Shown: positions 26,216 to 34,717, counted from the first letter of the stretch. The stretch: 64,000 bases of DNA from Deltaproteobacteria bacterium (GCA_002719955.1 PBFW01000020.1:9651-73650), one strand, 5' to 3'. Notes: a model not told the origin generated them from the letters alone. A program made the numbers and translations.

Positions 26216-26661
26216 ACGGCCACACGAAGAATCGAGAGCGCTTTGTCCGCGTGGCCCGACATGTCGAGTTCGCTCTTGATGATGCCCAGAATCTTTCGGT
26301 CCCTTCCGATCACGAAAGTGGCGCGCTTATTCGGCAGAGGACCGAACCGCTTCACGCCGAAGCCTCTCGCGATCTCGCGATCGGGATCCGAGAGAAGCGG
26401 GAAGCCGAGATCGTTCTCTTCGTCGAAGGTTTTCTGCCGATCCACCGGATCGGCGCTGATTCCCACGCGCTGGGCACCGAGTTCCGAGAACTCGCGAGCC
26501 AGGTCACGAAAGTGGCAGCATTCGATCGTTCAACCCGGCGTCATCGCCTTCGGATAGAAGAAGAGCGCGAGCGGCCCGCTCGCGAGAAGATCACTCAGCC
26601 GGACGATCTTTCCGTCCTGGTCCGTTGAGGCGAAATCACTCACCAGATCGTTCGTCTCCAT
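26209..26661 (-). CDS. bcp: BCP/PrxQ-type peroxiredoxin with TGA (selenocysteine candidate) at the peroxidatic position
   Basis: ATG 26661 follows AAGGAG. METNDLVSDFASTDQDGKIVRLSDLLASGPLALFFYPKAMTPG-TGA(plus tca 26530-26532)-TIECCHFRDLAREFSELGAQRVGISADPVDRQKTFDEENDLGFPLLSDPDREIARGFGVKRFGPLPNKRATFVIGRDRKILGII... The track lists only the 3' 85 codons (26209..26466). Confidence 0.8.
26479..26493 (-). promoter_or_regulatory. perfect 6-bp hairpin downstream of the peroxiredoxin UGA (possible part of a SECIS element)
   Basis: On the mRNA strand, GAGUUC-UCG-GAACUC lies 37-51 nt 3' of the UGA. Found by hand; the distance is on the long side for a bacterial SECIS. Confidence 0.15.
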
Positions 26662-26935
26662 CCTGTGGTCTCCTTCTGTCCCGTAGTCAAGAGGTCGGCT
26701 CGTCCATTCGAGCGAGCGCTGTGGGTTCCGTGACGCCGATCGAGGGTACAGGAGGAGGAAGCGGAGCGCGGGAGATTCGGCTCCTCTATTGTCTGGCAGT
26801 TCCCGAATTCGGAGAAGGGGCGACCCCCATCATGGTGCCAGCATCCGGGGCTCCGGTCGGAGCCGTTGCGAATCGCCCCCCGATCGGTGTCCGACATCAG
26901 GGCCTCGGCAAATTCCATCGAGAGGAGAGAGTCGC

Positions 26936-27340
26936 ATGAGCGCCGTTCAGACGATTACTGGCTATACCCACATCAACATCGTGATCGATGATCTCGAGGC
27001 AGCACACGCCTTCTATATTGATACCCTCGGTTTCGAGGTTCTGCCCCGTCCCGATTTTCCGGGCTTCGGCGGCGCTTGGTATCGGATCGGGCAGATGGCG
27101 CTCCATTTGAGCCTTGCCGACGAAATGCCGGATCTGAAGGGGAGCTTTCCTCATCTCGCGTTCCATATTCCGTCCGACGATTTCGACTCGACGATCGACT
27201 CCTTGAAAAGTGCCGGAATCGAATTTCTGGGGGACACGATGCGGCGCGAGGATCTGGGCGTCCCGGTTCGGGCGATCTTCTGCAAGGATCCCGCTGGCAA
27301 TCCGATCGAGTTCACGGACGTCGGGCCTTTCGAGGATTGA
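26936..27340 (+). CDS. VOC (glyoxalase/bleomycin resistance/dioxygenase) family protein
   Basis: In ORF 26789..27340; ATG 26936 follows AGAGGAGAGA. ...GYTHINIVIDDLEAAHAFYIDTLGFEVLPRPDFPGFGGAWYRIGQMALHLS...PHLAFHIPSDDFDSTIDSLKSAGIEF...IFCKDPAGNPIEF. Confidence 0.85.
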   Translation: MSAVQTITGYTHINIVIDDLEAAHAFYIDTLGFEVLPRPDFPGFGGAWYRIGQMALHLSLADEMPDLKGSFPHLAFHIPSDDFDSTIDSLKSAGIEFLGDTMRREDLGVPVRAIFCKDPAGNPIEFTDVGPFED

Positions 27341-27511
27341 GAGGGTGGGGTCCGGACTCGATTCTTTCGATCGGTCGAGCGCCCCCTGTGATCCCGGGCC
27401 GAGATCGACGCGCGCGGTCTGCTCTTCATCCGGGAGGGCCATGGGATCGGGAGTGATGACGCGTTCCTCATTCCCCAATCCTCCGTCAGTTACCGGCGTC
27501 AATCGCGCAGA

Positions 27512-27949
27512 TTGCCACCGGAAATGGAGTCTGCCTTCATGGCCTCGCTCGAGCAGTCCTTGATCGACGGGGCGGAGGAAGCCAGGATTCCGATCGTGCA
27601 GGCGCCCGGTGAGTGCGTCCTCCAGGTCGCGATGGGGCTCGTGGGCGTGGAAATCGAGCGGACGACCTCACGGTCGATCGGTCGCGTGACGCTCGTCGTG
27701 GAGTTTCGCGACACGCTGAGTGGCCAGCCGCTGCTTCGTCATGCCACCCATAACACGATCGAGAACGAAGGGACGGGAGCGCCGCGAGGCAATCAGATTC
27801 GCCAGGCCTTCGACGAAATGGTTGGGGAGATGAATATCGGTGGCGCCGTGGGCGCGGCGGGCCTCTCTAAGAGTGAGATCCGTTCCGGATGCCTGGGGAC
27901 ATTGGCCGATCGCGGCGGGGCGATCCCCCCGGCGGCCTCCGCCCGCTGA
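27512..27949 (+). CDS. hypothetical protein (possibly an N-terminally truncated fragment)
   Basis: 145-aa ORF with a TTG start and no clear RBS or signal peptide. The middle part is protein-like (…IPIVQAPGECVLQVAMGLVGVEIERTTSRSIGRVTLVVEFRDTLSGQPLLRHATHNTIE…). Function is unknown. Confidence 0.4.
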   Translation: MPPEMESAFMASLEQSLIDGAEEARIPIVQAPGECVLQVAMGLVGVEIERTTSRSIGRVTLVVEFRDTLSGQPLLRHATHNTIENEGTGAPRGNQIRQAFDEMVGEMNIGGAVGAAGLSKSEIRSGCLGTLADRGGAIPPAASAR

Positions 27950-28044
27950 TCCAAAGTCCGGTTGCATTCTCCGCAATCGAGGCGGGGTGGCGAGTCGTGC
28001 GCTCGCCTGATGGCGATTGCGATGCGAAGTCGATCTCCGGGCGT

Positions 28045-28422
28045 TCAGTCGCGCTGCATGACCACGACTTCGAGATGACCTCTCTCGCCAACATAGGCGT
28101 TCCCGATCCAGCCGGTCAGGCTGACGATCATCGCGCCGAGCAGGGCCGATCCGAAGCCCGCCACATTGAATCCGTCGAGCAGCTGGGCGACGAGGCCGAT
28201 CATTGCGGCGTTGATGACCCAGAGAAAGAGACCCAGCGAGAGCAGCGTGATCGGGAGGGTCAGGAGGACGGCGATCGGGCGCACGATGGCGTTCACGATT
28301 CCCAGCAAGAGGGCTGCCCAGAGAAGTGTTGCCGTGTTCGCGACGGAGATTCCGGGAACCAGCGCCGAGGCGACCCAGAGACCCACCGAGCTGATCGCCA
28401 GACGAACGAGTAGACCTGCCAT
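28045..28422 (-). CDS. phage holin family (DUF360/Phage_holin_4_2) small membrane protein
   Basis: In ORF 28045..28506; ATG 28422 follows AAAGGAG. MAGLLVRLAISSVGLWVASALVPGISV...LLWAALLLGIVNAIVRPIAVLLTLPITLLSLGLFLWVINAAMIGLVAQLL... Confidence 0.75.
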   Translation of the reverse strand: MAGLLVRLAISSVGLWVASALVPGISVANTATLLWAALLLGIVNAIVRPIAVLLTLPITLLSLGLFLWVINAAMIGLVAQLLDGFNVAGFGSALLGAMIVSLTGWIGNAYVGERGHLEVVVMQRD

Positions 28423-28548
28423 CTTCGACTCCTTTGGAGGACGCGCGACTCGAGCCCGGCTCAGAGCATCGGCGCGGGCGTCGGACCGGCAACCCCGGTC
28501 GTGCAAATGTTCACTTTTCTTGCGACGGGGCCGGGGAGCTCGAGACTC

Positions 28549-28956
28549 TCAGGTGCCGCTTCGAGAATGCAGGTGAGCCCGCCAATCTCCGCTCCCGATT
28601 CGTGCCCGGGCGTCCGGCACATGGTTGTATCGATAGACCCAGGCCCGCATCTGCGGGGGGTCGATCAGGTCCGTCCGCTCCCTCAGGTAGAGCGACTCCC
28701 GGGGCCTTTCGGGGTCGAAACCTTCGAACTCGTCGAGAATTTCGAGAACCTGTGGGTCGAGGATCGCATAGAGCTCCCCGACGACACGCGCTTCGCCGAG
28801 CCGTAAGCCGGGATAGCCCCCGAGGTCGAAGAGCTCTCCGGCGCAGATGCAGGGGCCGACGTAACGCATTCGATCGCTGATCCCGAGCGAGTTCATCCCG
28901 CCCAGACCGCGCATCAGCGATCCGTAGAGCGCGATCCAATCGAGTGCCCGTTTCAA
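28549..28956 (-). CDS. gamma-glutamylcyclotransferase (AIG2/GGCT-like) family protein
   Basis: 135 aa: ...IALYGSLMRGLGG...GPCICAGELFDLGGYPGLRLGEARVVGELYAILDPQVLEILDEFEGF...YLRERTDLI...AWVYRY. Confidence 0.8.
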   Translation of the reverse strand: MKRALDWIALYGSLMRGLGGMNSLGISDRMRYVGPCICAGELFDLGGYPGLRLGEARVVGELYAILDPQVLEILDEFEGFDPERPRESLYLRERTDLIDPPQMRAWVYRYNHVPDARARIGSGDWRAHLHSRSGT

Positions 28957-28960
28957 GACA

Positions 28961-29608
28961 TCAGTTCCCCAGCGATGCCCGAAGGTTGCTCAGGGCTTCG
29001 AAGGGCGTCGCGACGACCCGGGCGTTGATCAACCACTTCGGGATGCCGCCGCCGGGTTCGAGGTGCATGGTGAAGGTCACCTGTATCTTCCCCCCGCCCA
29101 GGGGTTCGAGCTTCCAGCTGCCATTTGCCATCCGGACGCGTACGCGATTCGCCTGCTCGGGGTAATAGTCCGGGGCGGCGGTCATCTGGATGTCGACGAT
29201 GCCCGTTTCCTCGTCGCGTTCCATGACGGTTCGAAGAACGTTGTCGCGATCGGAGACCGGCCACGGAGCGGCCATGACCGAGTACTGGTAAGAGACGCTG
29301 CCCTCGCGGCTGAGCAGCTTCGATTCCGGCGTGTTGGGAAACCAGTTCTTGAAGCCATCCGAGTCGCCCAACACGCGAAGCACAGCGTCGACATCCCCCT
29401 CGAATTCGGCCGTTCCCTTGAACGCCTTGACACCAGAACCGGCCACGGCGCGGGTGTAGACGTCGATCCCGTTCTCCTGCTTGTCGAGGGTCCACTCAGC
29501 GGTTGCGAAACCCGGGTTCGAGGCCAGGACACCGATCGCGAGGGCGCTCAATAGGATTCGGATTGCGGGGCGTGGTGCGACTCTTCCAATCTCGAACATC
29601 AGCTTCAT
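28961..29608 (-). CDS. START/SRPBCC lipid-binding domain protein, secreted
   Basis: Only the last 215 codons of track ORF 28961..30613 are used. ATG 29608 gives a signal peptide (MKLMFEIGRVAPRPAIRILLSALAIGVLASNPGFATA), followed by EWTLDKQENGIDVYTRAVAGSGVKAFKGTAEF...WFPNTPESKLL...PWPVSDRDNVL... Confidence 0.8.
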   Translation of the reverse strand: MKLMFEIGRVAPRPAIRILLSALAIGVLASNPGFATAEWTLDKQENGIDVYTRAVAGSGVKAFKGTAEFEGDVDAVLRVLGDSDGFKNWFPNTPESKLLSREGSVSYQYSVMAAPWPVSDRDNVLRTVMERDEETGIVDIQMTAAPDYYPEQANRVRVRMANGSWKLEPLGGGKIQVTFTMHLEPGGGIPKWLINARVVATPFEALSNLRASLGN

Positions 29609-29764
29609 GGTCCCCCTCGAGCGTGAACGTGCTGCGATTCTAGCTCTCCCCTGGCGAGATATCGCAGTGGGTTCGCGCTCGCAAACTCGTGGGGGAGTCC
29701 CTAAGGTCTGCAGCCCGATCAAGCCCGTGGTGAGCCAGCTTTCACGCGGAACCAGGAGCCCAGC

Positions 29765-30568
29765 ATGCCGCGTCTCGAAGGAAAAGTCGCAATCGTCACC
29801 GGCGCTGCCCGCGGCACGGGAGAGCAGACCGCAAGGCTCTTCGCCGAGGAGGGCGCGCGGGTCGTGATTGCGGATATCCTCGAAGAAGAGGGGCGTGGGA
29901 CGGCCGAGGAGATCGGCGATGCGGCGACCTTCGAGCGACTCGACGTGACCGATGTGGAGAGCTGGCGGCACGTGGTCGCGCGCACGAGCGAGGCGTTCGG
30001 ACCGCCGACGGTACTCGTGAACAACGCCGGTTTGCTTCATATGAAGGCCCTCGTCGACATCGATCCGGCGGATGTCGAACGTCTGTGGCGGGTCAATCAA
30101 TTCGGGCCCTTCCTCGGGATGCAGGCGGTTGCGCCCGCAATGAAGAGTGCCGGCGGTGGTTCGATCGTGAACGTGTCGTCGGTCGATGGTCTTTCGGCGA
30201 AGAATGGGCTCGGCGCCTATGTGCCGACCAAGTGGGCGCTTCGTGGACTCACCCGGGTGGCCGCTCTCGAGCTGGGCCAGATGGGGATCCGCGTGAACGT
30301 GGTCTGTCCGGAAGCGGGTGGCCCCGGGATGCGTCGCGAGTTTACGCCGGAGAGCATCGACCCGATGGATACGCTCTCCTTCACGCATGATGCGATTCCG
30401 CATAATCAGATGCGCCCGGGTCTCGAGATCATCCGCGACATCGCGCGCATGATCCTCTTCCTCGCATCGGACGAGAGCCTTTCCTGCACGGGTGCGGATT
30501 ATCCCGTCGACGCGGGCTGGACGGCGGGTCGGCGACTCAAATTCAATCCGGGCTACTCCGCTGAATGA
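29765..30568 (+). CDS. SDR-family oxidoreductase (classical short-chain dehydrogenase)
   Basis: 267 aa: LEGKVAIVTGAARGTGEQTARLFAEEGARVVIADI, NNAG, ...SSVDGL...YVPTKWALRGLTRVAALELG (YxxxK). Confidence 0.95.
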   Translation: MPRLEGKVAIVTGAARGTGEQTARLFAEEGARVVIADILEEEGRGTAEEIGDAATFERLDVTDVESWRHVVARTSEAFGPPTVLVNNAGLLHMKALVDIDPADVERLWRVNQFGPFLGMQAVAPAMKSAGGGSIVNVSSVDGLSAKNGLGAYVPTKWALRGLTRVAALELGQMGIRVNVVCPEAGGPGMRREFTPESIDPMDTLSFTHDAIPHNQMRPGLEIIRDIARMILFLASDESLSCTGADYPVDAGWTAGRRLKFNPGYSAE

Positions 30569-31510
30569 GTTCGTGGGTTGGGGCGACCATCCTGCGCGCG
30601 CGCTGAAACCCATTTTGCCAGATATCCGGTCCCGGATGCGATTTTCGAGGATCCAGAGCCTTCGAGCAGCGCTCCCATCGGGTGGGCGGAGTAGTTCGCA
30701 TAGTAGGGCTCGTGGAATGCGCCCGGGAAGAACTCGAGTGCCCAGTCGAGTTCGGGGTCATCGCCGGTCTGGAGCGAATCGACGAGGTCCAGAAATCCGC
30801 TCGGACGCAGGACGCGCCTGGTCTCGTCGAGGACGCTCTCGCGAACCGAGAGCGGCAACTCGTGGAAGAGGAAGATCGAGTAGACAGCGTCGAACCGCGC
30901 GTCGCCGAAGTCGAGGACAGCGGCATCCCCCTGAACACAATCGACTCGCTCGAAACTAGAAAGCTGCCGGCGGGCATGTCGCGTGCAGGCTGGCTCAGGT
31001 CGATGCAGGTGATCTTCGCTTTCGGGAAACAACGCGCCACGGCATGCGTCGCGCTCCCCGCCCCGGAATCGAGTTCCAGGAAATGGAGCCCGCGTCCATC
31101 GTGACCGCCGAAGTGGGCTCCGAGTGGCGGCAGAATCATCCGCCGCATCGCATCCGCCCCCCGCGAAAGAGCAGTTCGACCTGATGCTCGTAGAGATCGG
31201 CCGACTTTTTGCTCAGATAGCCATCGGTTTGGAAATGGAAATTGCGTTGGTAGTAGTCGGGCAGATCATCGAGCCAGCGCCGGGCGCCGCGCGAGAAGTG
31301 CTGCGACTCGCCCTGCCTACGGCGCTCCGTCACCGACGGGACGTCCATCAGGATGCGTAGCAGACGTTTGCCGTGTCCGAGGGGGTCGCGCGGGGTGAGG
31401 ACCGAAAGCGGGGCCTCGCCGCGGCCGATGAGCGCCGCGTCCCGTTCGAGAAGTTCGCGCAGGCGCGTGAGGGTGATCTCGAGCGCGCCCTCGGGCGGCG
31501 GCTCAGGCAT
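30553..31510 (-). pseudogene. class I SAM-dependent methyltransferase split over three frames (2 frameshifts)
   Basis: 31510..31136 reads ...DYYQRNFHFQTDGYLSKKSADLYEHQVELLFRGG. After a shift inside a G6 run (plus C6 around 31155) it reads ADAMRRMILPPLGAHFGG...LHFLELDSGAGSATHAVARCFPKAKITCIDLSQP (motif I). After a second shift at about 30995 it reads ...HARRQLSSFERVDCVQGDAAVLDFGDARFDAVYSIFLFHELP...RVLRPSGFL... Confidence 0.7.
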
Positions 31511-31744
31511 CTCCTCGCGTCGGGGCCGCGCCGCCAGGAGGAGCGGTACGCTCTCGGCCCGAAAGAGCGCGCAGCGCAGGGGTATGGGTCCCCATCGCGA
31601 GGGTCTCGGTCGGGTGACCGCTCATCCACCCGCGCGGATCGAAGACGCGCAGAGCCTTCGCCATCGATCGCGCCACCCGTGGAATGCGTAAGTCGGAAGG
31701 ACTCGGGGGCATCGATTTGGCTTCGGTTGCGTGGCGTCCTGAAC

Positions 31745-32638
31745 TCAGGGCAGCCTGAGGATCTCGGCGGTCTGGGCGGTGGTCGCGATGGGTCGGCCGA
31801 CCTTCGCACATAATTCGACCGCTTCGCGCATCAGATCCTCGTTCGAGGGGCTGCGGTTCGGGGAGTAGAATTCTTCGACTCCGATGTGGAGATGACCGCC
31901 GCGTTCGAGCGCGAGTCGGGCGATCGGTGTTTCCATCAAGGCGCCACCCCAGACCGAGACCGACCACGGGAGGTTCGTTCCCTCGATCATATCGAGGTAG
32001 GCGAGGAGACCATACTCGGTGGGCATCAACCCGAAGGTGACACCCGGCTCGGTGGCCATCAGTCCATAGTCGCCTCCGAAATAGAATTTTAACATCGTGC
32101 CCGCCGGCAACCGGCCCGCGCGGTGATATGTGAGGGTCGTGCGGAGCGAGTTCGGTTCGTAGATGCCGAGCGCTGGTCCCATCTGCAAGCGCTCACAGAA
32201 CGCGAAGGCATAACGACAATCGTCGTAGGACACGCCGTACACGCCACCCTCCGGAAGGCCGTCGGCGCCGGGAAGTCCGATATTGGTCGAGCCGGGATCG
32301 AAGGCGCACATGCGCAGCGAGAGATCCTGTGCGAGCAGTTCGACGTGTTCGAGTTTGCCCGCCATGTCCGCAGCGCCGGTGAGCGTCGGGTACCAGAGGG
32401 CGTCGGGGCGCGCCTCGAGGATCGGGTGCCACGCGAGCGCGTAATCGTCGGCGGCCTCGCGACCGCTCAGCTGGATGTCGCTGTTATGGGCGTGGACGAT
32501 CGTCGCGCCGAGTTCGTAAGCCAGAAGCGCATCCTTCTCGATCTCCTCCGGTGTGTGCGGGGAGTTCGGGTTCTTCTCCTTCGAGGTCATGCCGTTGATG
32601 GCGGCTTCGAGGATGACGGGGGAATCGAAAACAGACAT
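31745..32638 (-). CDS. 3-keto-5-aminohexanoate cleavage enzyme family (BKACE/DUF849) protein
   Basis: 297 aa: ...VILEAAINGMTSKEKNPNSPHTPEEIEKDALLAYELGATIVHAHN...GLMPTEYGLLAYLDMI...WSVSVWGG...LALERGGHLHIGVEEF... Confidence 0.88.
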   Translation of the reverse strand: MSVFDSPVILEAAINGMTSKEKNPNSPHTPEEIEKDALLAYELGATIVHAHNSDIQLSGREAADDYALAWHPILEARPDALWYPTLTGAADMAGKLEHVELLAQDLSLRMCAFDPGSTNIGLPGADGLPEGGVYGVSYDDCRYAFAFCERLQMGPALGIYEPNSLRTTLTYHRAGRLPAGTMLKFYFGGDYGLMATEPGVTFGLMPTEYGLLAYLDMIEGTNLPWSVSVWGGALMETPIARLALERGGHLHIGVEEFYSPNRSPSNEDLMREAVELCAKVGRPIATTAQTAEILRLP

Positions 32639-32824
32639 GCGGGGCTCTCTCCTGTGCGACCGCGCCCGGGGCGGTCGCTATCCGCGCGAGCGCCGAGCGT
32701 ACCAGCGTGGCCGAGGAGGGGCCGCTCCCCGCGGGCATTCTCTCAAGTAGGGCCCCGACTCAGCCGATCACCGGAGGGCATTGCCGCGTCCACCTCCCGC
32801 GGCGACGGGGAAAGGCCCGCCACC

Positions 32825-34717
32825 ATGTCGAAAGCCACGCGCTCCATCGCGAGCCTCGGGCTGCGCAGTCTTCTCATTGCAGCCCTCCTCGCGGCCACAG
32901 GCTGCGTCGGGGGCGCATGGAAGAAGACGCTCGAGGAAGATACCCCCGCGGCCTATTACCGATTCATGCGGGAGCACGGTGATTCGGAATTCTCCGGCGA
33001 GGCGCGCGAGCGACTCGATTTCCACAAGCTCCATCGCAGTCCGACAGTCACTGGTTTCGAGGTCTTTCGAAAGCGTTACCCGGAGAGCGACCTCATCGAG
33101 AAGCTCTATCCGGTGCTCCAGAAGCCCGCCTTCGAGGAGGCGCGGGCGCGGGGGACGGCGGCCGCCTATCGGGGATTCCTGGCGGGCTTCGCGCGCGGTG
33201 ACTTCGCCGCCCGTGCGGAAGGCAACGCCGTCTTCATGGAGGCGACGGGTTTCGGAGGGGATCCGAGACAACTCGCCATTTTCGCCGAGCGTTATCCGCT
33301 GAGTGATTTTGCGCCCGAGGCCCGCCGAACCGTAGAGGCCGTCGCCGCACGACAGACCGGGCGCATCGATCGCATCGGGCTCGTGATGGATATCGCGGCC
33401 ACGACCCCCGAAATCAAGCGGGTTCGCGACGCCCTCGTCGATCGGGTGATGAAGATGACCGAGCGGGTCGGCGTGGAGCTCGTAGCGATCCCCGATCGTC
33501 TCGATGCTTCGCAGGCGGATCGCTATCCCCAGGCTCGCCTCGAAGTGAGTCATATCGAACAACCCGTCGATCACCAGGTGAAGGCCGGTGAATTGGCGCG
33601 ACCCGCCGTCTTGGGAGCCACGCGGGTCGTGTTGCGGGAGCGAGAGGGGGGCGCGGTGATCGCGGATCGCCGTTTCGAGATTCGCGTCGAGGACAAAGCC
33701 CATGTTTCGGGGACTTCGGTGCTCTTCTCGGCTGTTTCGCCGCGCTTCTGGGACGAGTTCTTCGTGCCGATTGCTCGCTGGCGCAACGATCGCACGGTGC
33801 GACCGCCGACCCTCCTCGATCGGCCGGTCGTCGATCTCGACGGATTCGGAGATCGTATCGTGGTGCTCTACGAATCGGGTCATTTCGACCTGATCGGCCT
33901 CTCGGATCCGCTCGAGCCGGTGAAGCTCGCGACATATTCGCGCTCCGAGAACTTCAAGAAATGGACCGGGATCCGAGCGATTGGCGAGCGCGTTGCGATC
34001 TACGGTGAAGAAGGCCTCGAACTCATCCGCTTCACCGCCAAGGGACCGGTGGTAGAGAAGGCATGGAACCGCGGGGAAATCGGCCGCGTGCTTTCTCTCG
34101 CTCCGCTCGGCGATTCGATCGTGCTCGTCGGCGCGAAGGGCATGCAGCTTCTCGATCCGGTGGAGGGCACGGTTCGTCGTGTGATGCGGCGCGTGCTCAT
34201 GAGTGTGGCCGCTGTGGGCGACACCGTCGTCTTTGTCGACGGTGAGTCGATCTATCTCTCGAGCATGGCGTTGCTGGCGGAGAACCGCGTGATCGCACAG
34301 ATGAAGCTGGGCAAGACCTTTGGACCGAATAATGTGCGCGCGCTCGACGATGCGGCGGTCGTGACCGGGCCCGGTGGGGCGTTGGTGATCGATCTCCGCA
34401 ACCCGGGCCAGCCCAAGGCGGTCGCGAAGCTTTCGACGCGGGAGATCGGAAAGGTCGTGGACGCGACGCGTGTTCGAGGCCGGACCTTCCTGGTCGGTGA
34501 GCGCGGCTTGCAATTGCTGAATCGCAGACTCGATCGCGTCGAGGAGACGATCGATGTTGGCGAGCGCAATCGGGTGAGCGTGATGGGGCGCCACGTCGTG
34601 ACCGCCGATGCCCAGGGGATCCAGGTCGTCGATGCGACACCCTGGTCGGAGAGTCCGCGGCCGGCAGCGGCGGGCCCACGGCCCGGCGCGCCCGCCAGGG
34701 GCTCCGGGGGGTTCTAG
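32825..34717 (+). CDS. large lipoprotein: N-terminal helical repeats plus C-terminal beta-propeller-like (LVIVD-type) repeats
   Basis: ATG 32825 inside track ORF 32123..34717 gives the lipobox MSKATRSIASLGLRSLLIAALLAATGC. There are four copies of an about 30-aa motif (AAYxxFxxxYPxSxFxxEA). These are followed by repeated ...G.QLLD/VVD...P strands (GMQLLDPVEG, ALVIDLRNPGQP, GLQLLNRRL, GIQVVDATP). Confidence 0.8.
   Translation: MSKATRSIASLGLRSLLIAALLAATGCVGGAWKKTLEEDTPAAYYRFMREHGDSEFSGEARERLDFHKLHRSPTVTGFEVFRKRYPESDLIEKLYPVLQKPAFEEARARGTAAAYRGFLAGFARGDFAARAEGNAVFMEATGFGGDPRQLAIFAERYPLSDFAPEARRTVEAVAARQTGRIDRIGLVMDIAATTPEIKRVRDALVDRVMKMTERVGVELVAIPDRLDASQADRYPQARLEVSHIEQPVDHQVKAGELARPAVLGATRVVLREREGGAVIADRRFEIRVEDKAHVSGTSVLFSAVSPRFWDEFFVPIARWRNDRTVRPPTLLDRPVVDLDGFGDRIVVLYESGHFDLIGLSDPLEPVKLATYSRSENFKKWTGIRAIGERVAIYGEEGLELIRFTAKGPVVEKAWNRGEIGRVLSLAPLGDSIVLVGAKGMQLLDPVEGTVRRVMRRVLMSVAAVGDTVVFVDGESIYLSSMALLAENRVIAQMKLGKTFGPNNVRALDDAAVVTGPGGALVIDLRNPGQPKAVAKLSTREIGKVVDATRVRGRTFLVGERGLQLLNRRLDRVEETIDVGERNRVSVMGRHVVTADAQGIQVVDATPWSESPRPAAAGPRPGAPARGSGGF

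Noticed and set aside
26020-26628. 202-aa plus-strand ORF
   Set aside because: It is a chimera. Its first ~65 codons are the genuine C-terminal tail of the degraded IS transposase, and the rest is antisense to the peroxiredoxin gene.
28961-30613. 550-aa minus ORF and the long 5' extensions of track ORFs 32123..34717, 54002..54934, 43370..45559 and 38865..40043
   Set aside because: Only the 3' portions are real genes (START protein, lipoprotein, PilZ, Hsp70, aroE). The 5' extensions run antisense through neighbouring genes or overlap upstream genes, and internal starts with an RBS, signal peptide or conserved N-terminus fit better.
32768-34594. 608-aa minus-strand ORF
   Set aside because: It is antisense to the lipoprotein gene 32825..34717 and has the same low-complexity Arg/His/Gly-rich character.
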